Notes: generated by a model from the sequence alone, not told the origin. A stretch of DNA of 64,000 nucleotides from Octopus sinensis (GCF_006345805.1 NC_042999.1:92194001-92258000); one strand, 5' to 3'. Numbered from the stretch's first letter, positions 26,640-37,850 are shown. Program-made: numbers and translations.

Positions 26640-26950
26640 GACTCCAGAAGCTTGCCTTTGCATAACTAAAGCTTATGCACATTAAGAAGCAGAAAAATAT
26701 CTCCCTCTATTATTTGTTCTGATTCATGGCTCACTTCCTGGGCTTGTGATGCTTCATCAACAAAAAGGTGGCGAAAGCTTCAGGGAAGGAGTTCTTCACC
26801 TTGAAAGATAAGAACTGGTATAAGTGTGGGATCAAAGAACTGGGAAAAAGATGGTTTCAGACATGATGACCTTAACTTTGAATGCTAGGATGCTTTGTTG
26901 TAAATAAAGTAAATAATTTATCAATATATTGCAAAGAATTTGATTGAACA
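26640..26950 (+). pseudogene. Mariner transposase C-terminal remnant, inverted relative to 26030-26620
   Basis: ...MAHFL...KEFFTLKDKNWYKCGIKEL...FEC*; forms an inverted repeat with ~26060-26290. Confidence 0.7.
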
Positions 26951-27732
26951 CAATGATTATGGAATAAAATTTTCAGTAACTGTTTGATAAATCACTAGCT
27001 GACCACGTGCCATCAATAATGACAGCAAGTTGTAGTATATTATATATAAATCAGGTAGAAAATAAGGTACATAATAAACAGACATACAAACATTCATATA
27101 CTTCCCTTGTACATGCACATGCATACACACATATATTCACACAAAGTTGAAACGCTGATTTATTTTTTCACCAACTTCATTCCTTATTTATATATCACCC
27201 CTTCCTTTCTCTCATTGCAATTATTTTCTCTCAGTCAGGGCTATAACTCTCACTATTTTCTCCTTCATTGAATTACTATTTTCTCTCCTCCTCCACAGCC
27301 GTCATGGTTCTGGACAAATATATATATATATATATCCAAATATATAAAAATACCACTCTCATTATTATATTAGGAAAGTGTATAATTTTAGAAAAGTTAT
27401 GAGAACCATGTATCTTAAGCATAAAAGAATAACATAACTCTTTCTTAGACGTTTTCATAAACAAATAATTCAGAGTTATATTTCCAGAAAATAACATTGA
27501 ATTCAAGGTGATGGACAGAAATAGAAATATCATAATTTTAAATCTTATTAGTGTAAGTGCTATGTTGCTAAATATGCAAATAACTGGAGAACAATTTCAA
27601 TTGCTACTTTTCCGGTGAGAGGTTTCAAGCAGGGAAAACCATCTATATGTTAAAACCTTTGCTAAAAAGATATGCGAAGTTATGCAAGTGTCAAAACATT
27701 AAAATATAGAGTAATAAATCAGTTCAACTTAC

Positions 27733-27984
27733 TTGAGAAATTGAAGATTCTACCATTTGAAGATTGCTGTGTGAAGGAATTTCAGCTTGAAGGGTTTGAC
27801 CTTGTGCTACCATTAATTCTTTACAAGCCAATGATTTAATCAGCATTTTACCTGATTGTGATGGCAGTAAAACAAAGCAACCCAAAGGATGTTTAGTTTT
27901 CAGAAAGGAATCATGCAGGAGATTATTTTGTGGTGGAACTGAAGAAATTGTTTCCTGTCCAAGTTGACCAATTAACACATATTC
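27733..27984 (-). CDS. M1AP: M1AP-like gene, internal exon (EYVLIGQ...CFVLLPSQSGKMLIKSLACKELMV...MVESSISQ)
   Basis: TCTTTCACACAG acceptor, CAA|GTAAGT donor, 252 nt, phase 0-0. Matches recalled M1AP 'FYVIMPSHSLTLLVKAVATRELM...NVESMLDS'. Confidence 0.9.
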
Positions 27985-28329
27985 CTGTGTGAAAGACAAA
28001 TCAAACAGTTTATATCATATTAAACTTCTTAAAATAAAACAAAAAAATTCCTTTCTAAATTTCTGAGAAGCGTTAAGGCAACAATAATTACAAAATTTTT
28101 GTCTATAGAATATATATTTCATATTATTATGTTTTACATTATGTTTATAGTGGTCTAGTCTTTGATAATCTTCAGATACCAATTTTCTTGAGGAAAACAT
28201 TTTCCTATTTTGAATTTATAATTCAAGCCCTTAATTGGAATGCCAGGTTTTTAACTTTCATTACTATTATTTCACTGCCCTGTAATATTTTCCACTGTCA
28301 TGTAAAATGCTGCATTAGAAATAATGATT

Positions 28330-28552
28330 CTAATAGAACTTAAAATCATGAACTGCCAGAATCCTCACACCAAGCAAAATGCTTAGCAGCATTTCATGTC
28401 TTTACACTCTGGGTTCAAATTCTGCCAAAGTCAACTTTGCCTTTCATCCTTTCAGGGTTGATAAAATATGTAAGTTGAACACTGAGGTTGATGTAATCAA
28501 CAATCCTCTTACTCTGAACTTGCTGGCCTTGCGCCAATATCTGAAACCAATT
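28330..28552 (+). mobile_element. SINE family B copy
   Basis: AATGCTTAGC...GTTCAAATTCTGCC...CTTTGCCTTTCATCCTTTCAGGG core. Confidence 0.7.
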
Positions 28553-30274
28553 TATATATATATATATATATATAGTACTTCACATGATGATATGGTCCAA
28601 GCCTTATAAATATGATGTCCTTAAACCGTTCAAATTTTTTTTAATTAACTAAGCAATAATCTTTTTTAATTGAAAAGGAAAAAACAAATTTTGAAAAAAG
28701 GATAAAATGTTTATTGGTATTGAGTTTACTTTTCTTGTTAAGTTTTCAACAACTGAAAGCTTTTACAAGCTACAATAATATACTGGCTACTCTTACAGTC
28801 ACGTAACACTTGCTCCTACTTCCACCTCTTCGATTAACTATTATATGGGGACAACAGACATATTCTGGAATCTTGGATGTTTTAAAAAATTGTAATATCT
28901 AGTGTCATTTTGAAGCCATCCTTAGTTCTTTGATACAAATGTTCTGTTTTAAAGTGACCTAAATTAAAATCTTCCTTCAAAATCTCATATCAGCTTGTTT
29001 CAGTCACTAACTTAGTAATTACAAAGATGTTTTACTAAATTTTATATTATATTTAAAACTAGATTAAACAAAGGTGTGTATGTCAACAGATATATGGTAA
29101 GAAAAGGGCTAAAGCATTTGGAATGGCTATCTACTGTTTATGCCAGGTTTATTATATTTTAAGTCTCACAGCCTTAGCTTCTCTATTTGAATTGATGATA
29201 GAAAACTGAAATAGTAATTGATAAAAAGTAAAATAGGGAGAGAATGTCAACTGCTTTTTGGGTAAGGCAAATAAACAAACTGAAAATAAAATAAAAAGGA
29301 AAAATTCTGTCAATACAAAATTACAAGAAGAAAATTGAAATGTTTGGATCCATAATATATCGAAAATTGTATATCTCAAATACAAAGAAGTGTACACTGA
29401 ATTTCTCATTGAAAATTGCCATAGAGTTTAGAACCATATTAACACATAAAGAATTTCATTTTCATATAAGCTAATTAAATGCCAAACCATTTCAGTAATT
29501 TCTTTTGTTGCACAATGAGAAGTGAATTAGAATAACATCATTTATGTGAAATGATAGCTTGCTATGAAAGAAATATTTTGGAAATCAAATGTAATGCAAA
29601 ATATTTTGTTTACAAAATTCTTTTTATACAAGTTAGTTATTATTTACAAGCTGTTTACCATTTATAACAAAACTGCTCAATATTATCCCAAATTTACTGT
29701 TACATTATAACTGTCACATTATTAGTTTATTTTCTTTGGAAAATTCAATTTAATCATATATTCAGTATTGTGTTTATCAATATGAACTCATTCTTCTACA
29801 ATCAACAAGTTATAAATGATACATTTATCTTGTTTCAAATGATATCTATCTATCTCAGAGCTTTAGTGGCTGATAGGTTAAGATGTTAGACAACTTATCT
29901 TATAATGAAGTCATTCATAGGAGTTGTTTATTGCAAATGTAGGCAAAGCATATTACACTACTTAATAGTATTAAACCTTGCTGAAATGCAAGAACTCCTG
30001 CTATTTCATACCTATTACTAGTAGTTAAGTTACAATGAATATGTAAACAATATTAAAAACCTAAAATGAATATGAAATGAGGAATAAATAATATTTTGCT
30101 TTATTTATTCCTGTATGTATGGGACAAAATTTCATACATGTTTCATTTTCCTTGCTGAAGTATAATCTAAGCAATTATGAATGAACCATTAAGTAAAGAT
30201 ACAAGGTGGTATATTTATTGCTGTAAGGAAATACATTTATTGTTGTAAGAAAATAGAATTTTTTAAAGAACTAT

Positions 30275-30578
30275 TACCTCGGTTAGTAATGAAGAGCCTC
30301 TCCCCAAGAGCGAAAGGCAGATTGTATGATACCTGTGTATGAAAAGCTATGTTACATGGCAGTGAGACATGGGCTGTGACTACTAAGAACATGTGAAGGC
30401 TTTGAAACAAATGAAGCCAGTATGCTCTGGTGGATGGGTAATGTCAGTGTGCATATACAACAGAGTGTAAATGATTTGAGAGATAAATTGGGTATATGAA
30501 GCATTAGATGTAATATGTAAGAGAGGAAACTGTACTAATACAGTCATGTAATGCATATGAATGAAGACAGTTGCTGGA
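30275..30578 (+). mobile_element. RTE C-terminal fragment
   Basis: Homologous to ~10290-10580 (MLHGSETWAVT region). Confidence 0.8.
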
Positions 30579-30579
30579 A

Positions 30580-31223
30580 GGGTTCTCAACCCATGGGCAA
30601 AGTGGGATTACATGATGGGGGGGGGGGGTTCAAAAGGGTTGGCATATGCAACCTGATCACCTCTACCGATCAAACTCCCAACCCATGCGTTCCCGTCACG
30701 ACACTGATTCTGCAGAACTGGGTTGGGTATGAAAACCAACTTTAAAGTATAAATATAGATGTTTTTTAATCAGCAATGTTTGGTTAAGTCCTATTTGGGG
30801 TGAAAAATCAATAAACTATTTCCTTATGGGGTTTTCCATTTAATCAGGATTAAAAAAATCGATAAACTGATTCCTTAAATTGGTTTCACCCCATTTTCAA
30901 CCATAACGTCTACCAATTTTTATGTATTTTGTTCAAACTTGATGCCAGCATTACTTAGGACTCATGGGAGCTTTGAATGCTTTAAGTTCTCCAAAAACGA
31001 AAAAAAAAAAAAAAACAATCGATGAGTGGAAAAAATCGATAAACTGATTCCTTATGGGATTTCCCAATCAAATTGTCTGCAAAATTTCAGTCAAAAGTTT
31101 ACCAATTTCAACAGATTTCACTCAAATTTGGAGTCAATGTTACTTAGTTTGCTTTGAAATAAAGAGCTTGATTAGCTTAATAATCCTAATTTAATCCCGA
31201 GCAAAGCCGGGCTATACTGCTAG
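30580..31223 (+). mobile_element. Non-autonomous Helitron (3' end clear, 5' end uncertain)
   Basis: CCCG-agcaaagc-CGGG-ctata-CTGCTAG|T, nearly identical to the 19784 terminus; three internal AAAAATC(G/A)ATAAACT repeats. Confidence 0.65.
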
Positions 31224-31238
31224 TACAAAATAAAGCTT

Positions 31239-32160
31239 CCAATTGGTTAAAATCAGAAGCCATGGGAGCCTCTGCTTAGTACTGCATCAGGGCATCAAAG
31301 TGACACTGGAATACAGATATATGAAGCCCAATATACCCATCATGACCATTCAGCTCATAAAGGTACACCAGGCACATGCATCACAACTATGTTAGTTAGT
31401 TAGTTAGTTAGTTAGTTAATTTGGCTCAAAAGCAAATAGCAAGGCCATGTAGGGGGACATGGAGTTAAGTACAGGGTGGTGTTCATGTAAAGAGTTCAGG
31501 CCACTTGAGGTCAAGGGAGGCTTTGAACAAAGCGGTCGTCGGCATCTTCACCATCTCGTCTGGCAGCTTGTTCCACGGATCCGCAACCAGGACGGAGAAA
31601 GCTCCTCTCCTTCGATTGAGATGAAATCATCGCAGGTAGAGCTTTTCGGAATGACCCCGCAGCCGACGCTCTGGAGCAGGAGTGAAGAACAGCTCTTTCA
31701 AGAGGTTACACTTTCCGCTTATTATGTGTGCAACGTGGGGACCACATATCAAGACAAACAGTGCATGATCTTACAGGTGGGCCCCAGTTAGAATTTTCTT
31801 CAGGTCAAGTAGTCCATCCTGCAAAAAAGGTTCCTGAAAAAGGTTTGTTTAAGGATGATGAATGAAATAATCATGTTTCCAGAGGTGAAATATTCAAACC
31901 CCAAAGAATTCCTCTCAACACAGCTATGGTGATCCTCCACTACTCCTACCCATGATCAGAGATGTACATATTGTCAGCCACTAAGAAAAATGCTCAACTG
32001 GTGAATATCAAGTAACTGACAAGCAAATCTCTGGTCCTGAGCAGAATATTTGCTGTAGTCCATCTGTTACATCAAAACAAAAAACATGTGCATGTTAATA
32101 CATCCAATTAGTTAAGATCAGAAGCCATGAGAGCCACAGCCTGGTACTGCATCAGTGCAT
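31239..32160. mobile_element. Inverted copy of the 5695-6252 repeat with a ~58-bp terminal direct repeat, interrupted by CR1
   Basis: 31239-31296 is similar to 32104-32160; the body aligns to the reverse complement of ~5697-6228. Confidence 0.8.
31392..31722 (-). mobile_element. 5'-truncated CR1-clade LINE 3' end with (TAAC)n tail
   Basis: Minus strand: ISGKCNLLKELFF...RGHSEKL...FSVLVADPWNKLPDEMV...FKASLDLKWPELFT*; possible TATG duplication at the insertion. Confidence 0.9.
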
Positions 32161-32224
32161 TGATTTTACATCAGGTCATTGGTACGTCACCACCGCCGCC
32201 ACTGCCACCACCACCATCATTATT

Positions 32225-33990
32225 CTTTTTTTCCAGAGATATCTATATCATGTCCCAGCTCCTTCCTTTAGCTTAGAGACACAACACTTTCCTCAACACA
32301 TGTACTGTTCTAAATAATGCTGCCAACCATGTACTTCCTTTGGAGTTTTGGTATTTTCAGCTTCATATGCCAAAACATTACTTCCTTTGAGATGGTTCCA
32401 AGTACACCAATCATAGTAGGTACCATGCTCCCTTTTGAGGTTCAATAGATGCATTTTACTTCCAATGCCAGGTCTTGGTATTGACTTACTTATTCTTTGT
32501 CTTCACAATATTCTGATCTGTCAATGAAGGTTCATTCTTTAGACTCCTTCTATAGGAGGGTGATATCTGGTTGATTACATTGCAGATTATTATCTGTGTA
32601 GATTGGCATATCTCACATGAGTTTCACTTGATTATTTTCCACTACTGACAATGGTTGGTGCTCATTTCATTTATTGAGACATTCTGCCCCATATTTCCTG
32701 CACAACACTCAGTGTAATTGCAATGCCACTTTGTCATAGAATTTTTTGCACTCCTTTTGGGCATCCACTGATTATATGTCTAACCACCTCAGATTATTTT
32801 TCATATGATCTACACAAAGGTGATAGTACTGTCTTATCAATGCTGCACTTGATTGAGGTGGTTCATAAAGCTTGTTCTTGATCAACAAGGATCAGTCTTT
32901 CTGCTTTTCTTTTTTAAAACTCAATATCTTAGCCATCTCCAAACGTCTTCAGCAGCTTCATCTGCTGTTTCCAATTGATGATCTGTTCTTCATTACTTCT
33001 CATTTTGTACTCCTGAACGATCTCAACGTGATCACTGATCACTGATCACTCAGTGCAGTCAGCAGCATTTTTCCATTGCAATTTCAAAGATAGGCATGCA
33101 AGGACTTGGTCACTTTTATAATGATGTCTTCTGTTCCAACCAATCCCTTTCCATCTTCCTTCCTAGGTAGGTAAAGCCTTGCTATGTTACACCAAGTATG
33201 AAGGCACTCATGCATGGCTATTATCTTCCTAGTTCTTTAGTCCCTGGTAGCCAGTTCCTCTTTTTCCTTTTCCACAACTCCCATATAGTAGCATACTAGG
33301 CTTATAGCCCAAGCACTGATGCCTCAGATCAGGTTTCCTGTATTCAACTTGGATCCATATGGCTTCTTAACTCTTCTAGTATATTCATAAGAAATGTTTT
33401 CATTCATATTGGTGTTCATCATCTTGCTTACATGTAAAATTCCAAGGTACTTGTAACCTTCTCAGTTCACTTCTCTTATAGACTCATCATCTGGAAGTTG
33501 TACTTCGTTCCAGTCTATGTTTCACCCTCTCTTCAGTTCAAGAACAACATATTTATCTAGACTAAATGCCATCTTGCAAGCATCATTAGAATTACATTTC
33601 ATTTTAGACATTTCTCTCATGAATGAGGTGTGTTTTTTATGGTTACCACCAACCAGTAGTTATATTGTGCCACCATCTCTAGACAGGTTGCCAGCCAAGA
33701 CTTCCAACAGATCAGTCTGTCCTTGTTGAAGTTGGTTATTCTGTGCTGGTTGCCATCTCCAATATTTACTCATGCAGCAAACAAAGAAAAACTTATACGG
33801 TTGAATGGTTGTTGACTAGTGAGTTGCTCTTCCCTCAAACAGGTTTTGCTTTTTTGTCCAGCAGTGTATCCAACAAAATCCACCCCACTTATCAGGCCAA
33901 GAGCTTGTTAGGGTTGCCAGTTTTGTCACTGATGGCTCAACCATGTAACAGTTTGTGTTGGATTACATGTTACCAGTAGCAATAACACTA
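32225..33990 (-). mobile_element. R4/Dong-clade non-LTR retroelement remnant
   Basis: Minus strand: EGYKYLGIL and DMPIYTD...NQPDITL (restriction-like endonuclease); (TAA)n tract at ~33990-34037 abuts its 5' end. Confidence 0.8.
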
Positions 33991-34005
33991 TTATCATCAT
34001 CATCA

Positions 34006-34037
<32 letters not shown>

Positions 34038-34074
34038 GTAAAAAAGCTGTTACATGCTAATTTAATTAACAGGA

Positions 34075-35270
34075 ACACTATCCTAAGGCCTGGTGACAAG
34101 TCTCTTCAAATCTCAAGAATCTTTCTTAGGATTTTCTGCAGGTTAACAGTATGTATCATAATTCTATGATTCTTTAGCCTCTTAAGTAGCACTTTGGGTA
34201 CTGGGTAGAGTACAGCAGCTACCACAGAAATAGTTCTCACCTTTGTGTTCTACAATCTCTTCATCTCTATGGTTAGGTTCTGATATTTCTCAGTGTTATC
34301 AGTTTCCTTAATATCCACTCTATATCATGGAATTGAAAAGTCTATACTCCTACATTGGTTTTACTAACTTCTGTAATCACATCTGGTCTACCAGCTTCAA
34401 TAGTATGATCACTCTTTCTGGAGAAATTTCCTGAAATCCAGCAGTTGTCTTTCACCATCACAGCCACTGGTTCATGTTCATACCAATTTTCTCTCATTTT
34501 AAGGTGGCGAGCTGGCAGAAACATTAGCATGATGGGCGAAATGCTTAGCGGTATTTCATCTGTCTTTGCGTCCTAAGTTCAAATTCTATTGAGGTCGACT
34601 TTGCCTTTCATCCATTCAGGGTCGATAAATGAAGTACCAATTGCATACTGGAGTCAATCTAATCAACTGGCCCCTTTCCCAAAAATTTTGGGCTTTGTGC
34701 TTAGAGTAGAAAAGAATTTTCTCTCACTTTGAATCCACAAATTTGGTTAATATCCCACTGCATTTTTTTACCAATACAGCTATGCATGATACCGTTATAC
34801 AATTTGTATGCAAACATACTGCTCTTAACAGGGAGATATACTTTTGTCTCATTTTCCACACATTTGCTCTGTGACTGAGTTTCATCAATTTTTATCTTGA
34901 CCAAATTCTATAATTAGCAATGCAGTTTCTTGTTTCAGGTTTCCATCTATAAACCAAAACCAACTTATCATATTAATTGGCCACAGAGTTCTTTGTCTTT
35001 CCAAATATTTTTTTATGTCATTCTTCTTTCTGTTCTTGAATTCTTTCCCCATTTAAGTGGCTTCAATATTTCTAACTGCAGAGAAGAGTGTTTCCTCACT
35101 ATAAAAGAAACAGTTTTTCAAGCCCCAAATTGTAGCAATGGTGTCTTCTGCATTAACAAACATTTACCTTCTTTTATTCTTGCTAAATAGAGCCTGTTGA
35201 TATTACTTTTAGGGTGGTATGTATTTTTCATTGTGAGCAAATCCTAGATCAGTCAAATAACTGTAGCTCT
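34075..35270 (-). mobile_element. R4/Dong-clade 3' portion, split by a SINE (34503-34716)
   Basis: LTMKNTYHPKSNINRLYL..., KIDETQSQSKC, and WYEHEP...DHTIEAGRPDV motifs. Confidence 0.85.
34503..34716 (+). mobile_element. SINE family B copy nested in Dong
   Basis: GTGGCGAGCTGGCAGAA head and CTTTGCCTTTCATCC core. Confidence 0.8.
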
Positions 35271-35319
35271 TTCTTATTATCAATATTATTACTATGAGGA
35301 ACCATTAACACCAAAAGAA

Positions 35320-35900
35320 ATGCTTAATGGCGTTTCTTCCATTTTCACATTCTAAGTTCAAATGCCACCAAGGTTGACTTTGCCTTTCAGCCTTTTGGAG
35401 CTGATAAGATAAGACCCAGTTGAAGACATGAGCCAATGCAACTAACTTAACCCCATCCCTTGAAATTGCTGGCCTTGTGCCAAAATTTCAAACCAATATA
35501 ATTATTAGGGCAGTGGACAAGTAGAATTGGTATAGCACTGGACAAAATACTTAGTGATGTTTCTTCCTGACTTCTGAATGCCCCCAAAACTGACTTTGCC
35601 TTTCATTCTTACAGGGTTAATAAAAAAGTACCAGTCAAATACTGGGGTCACTGTAATCAACTCATCCTCTCCCCTCAGATTTACTGGCTTTATACCAAAA
35701 TTAAAAAGAATTATTATAAGCAGGATCATTAGCACTTTAGACAAAATGCTTAACAGCATTTCATCTGACTTTATGTTCTGAGGCAAAAATTCTGCCACGG
35801 TTGACTTTGTCTTCCATCTTTTTGTGGTCGATGAAATAATTACCAGTTAAGCACTGGAGTTGAAGTAATTGACTAGCTCCCATCCCCAACTCTATCAAAA
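35320..35900. mobile_element. Cluster of three SINE family B copies (+ ~35320-35500, - ~35510-35710, + ~35715-35900)
   Basis: Recurring AATGCTTA...TTCAAA...GACTTTG(C/T)CTT motifs in alternating orientation; boundaries approximate. Confidence 0.6.
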
Positions 35901-36103
35901 TATCAGACAGCAACAGTACTAGCAGTTTTATTAGTAGCAGCAGTAGCTGTAATAGCAAAAATGTAGTGATGACAATGATGGTTATGATGACCATAATCAT
36001 TATATTCATAATCATCAACAAAGCAAAGCAAGTAATAAAAATAGAAAAAAATTTATTAAAAAGAATATAAGATTTCAACTTCAAATAAGGCAATATCATT
36101 TAC

Positions 36104-36205
36104 CTTTTCCAACAAGATATGGCAAAGAGCCTGGAAGTTGGCTCTGTTGCTTTCAAGTTCATCCCAATCAATTTTCCAAGAACTTGTTGGCTCCAGTATA
36201 TAGGG
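36104..36205 (-). CDS. M1AP: M1AP-like gene, internal exon (PYILEPTSSWKIDWDELESNRANFQALCHILLEK)
   Basis: TTTTACAG acceptor, AAG|GTAAAT donor, 102 nt, phase 0-0. Strong match to recalled M1AP 'PFILRPTSCWQLDWDELETNQQHFHALCHSLL'. Confidence 0.92.
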
Positions 36206-36739
36206 CTGTAAAATTGTACAAAGAACTTTGTTTAAAAACATACATTACTCTGAATATATATAGCCTTCCAAATATGTCTCAGTATTAATACAAACAAAAG
36301 CATAATATGTAGAATATATATATATATATACAACCAATAGATTGCAATATCCATCCATCCATCCATATATATATATGAGTACGGGACACTTTTATCTGCT
36401 GCAATTTTTGCAACTTGTAATAAAGCCTGTCTTTGTATGAAACAATTGTACTAAAAACTAATCCATTCTTGTTGCTTCTTTCTCGTATGACTATTTAATT
36501 TTTTCCCACTAGGCCGCTGGTGGCAAAAAAAAAAAAAAAAAAAAAATTCTACAAAATTTTTTGCCACCCTATATTGATTAATTATGAATTTTCTGGTTAA
36601 TTCCGTAATGGAATCGGCGGCTTATATTTATTTGCTGCCGATAAATTTGGCGCGAGTGCGATGATTTGAAAATTTTAGGTCAGATATTGCCGAGGCAGGG
36701 TCGGAAATGCCTCGTGAAAATATCTGTTCCGACTTGGCT

Positions 36740-36846
36740 ATTTCTTACTGATGATTCTAAGGGCCTATGGAAGATTGGCTTGATTTAATTTAATCAGGTT
36801 AGTTTACCATTAAACAGTTGATGAAACGGTGCATCGTATAAGAAAT
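36740..36846 (+). ncRNA. Type I hammerhead ribozyme, copy 1 (predicted cleavage after 36838)
   Basis: ATTTCTTA-CTGATGA-[68-nt stem II]-GAAA-CGGTGCATCG-TA-TAAGAAAT; this copy has TTGA instead of TAGA at the base of stem II. Confidence 0.75.
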
Positions 36847-37238
36847 TACAGGGTAAATGTTTTTTAATTTTCTCCTGGTTTACGGAATTGATGTTTATTT
36901 GCGGTTGAAGCTTTGGCTGTTATTTCTAGTGGGTGAATGGCCTATTATGGCCGTTCCTTGATTGTGATGTTGAACTTAAAAATGGTCTATGACTATTTAA
37001 TTTTTTCCCACTAGGCCGCTGGTGGCAAAAAAAAAAAAAAAAAAATTCTACAAAATTTTTTGCCACCCTATATTGATTAATTATGAATTTTCTGGTTAAT
37101 TCCGTAATGGAATCGGCGGCTTATATTTATTTGCTGCCGATAAATTTGGCGCGAGTGCGATGATTTGAAAATTTTAGGTCAGATATTGCCGAGGCAGGGT
37201 CGGAAATGCCTCGTGAAAATATCTGTTCCGACTTGGCT

Positions 37239-37345
37239 ATTTCTTACTGATGATTCTAAGGGCCTATGGAAGATTGGCTTGATTTAATTTAATCAGGTTA
37301 GTTTACCATTAAACAGTAGATGAAACGGTGCATCGTATAAGAAAT
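37239..37345 (+). ncRNA. Type I hammerhead ribozyme, copy 2 (predicted cleavage after 37337)
   Basis: 8-bp stem I (ATTTCTTA/TAAGAAAT), CUGAUGA core, extended stem II, GAAA, stem III ACGG/UCGU with UGCA loop, GUA triplet. Confidence 0.85.
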
Positions 37346-37743
37346 TACAGGTAAATGTTTTTTAATTTTCTCCTGGTTTACGGAATTGATGTTTATTTGC
37401 GGTTGAAGCTTTGGCTGTTATTTCTAGTGGGTGAATGGCCTATTATGCCGTTCCTTGATTGTGATGTTGAACTTTAAAATGGTCTATGACTATTTAATTT
37501 TTTCCCACTATGCCGCTGGTGGCAAAAAAAAAAAAAAAAAAAAAAAAAAATTCTACAAAATTTTTTGCCACCCTATATTGATTAATTATGAATTTTCTGG
37601 TTAATTCCGTAATGGAATCGGCGGCTTATATTTATTTGCTGCCGATAAATTTGGCGCGAATGTGATGATTTGAAAATTTTAGGTCAGATATTGCCGAGGC
37701 AGGGTCGGAAATGCCTCGTGAAAATATCTGTTCCGACTTGGCT

Positions 37744-37850
37744 ATTTCTTACTGATGATTCTAAGGGCCTATGGAAGATTGGCTTGATTTAATTTAATCA
37801 GGTTAGTTTACCATTAAACAGTAGATGAAACGGTGCATCGTATAAGAAAT
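37744..37850 (+). ncRNA. Type I hammerhead ribozyme, copy 3 (predicted cleavage after 37842)
   Basis: Same motif as copy 2. Confidence 0.85.

Noticed and set aside
26160-26818. TA-flanked MITE with ~110-bp TIRs
   Set aside because: The 'TIRs' are transposase C-terminal coding sequence and the similarity extends beyond the TA sites.
28797-28898. Possible 102-nt minus-strand exon (ILQFFKTSKIPEYVCC...KCYVT, GTAAGA donor)
   Set aside because: Weak acceptor, and recalled M1AP homology runs directly from ...LLEK (36104) to EYVLIG (27984) with no room for it.
37181-37232. HDV-like ribozyme interpretation of the pseudoknot
   Set aside because: There is no P3/L3/P1.1 or catalytic C segment between the stems.
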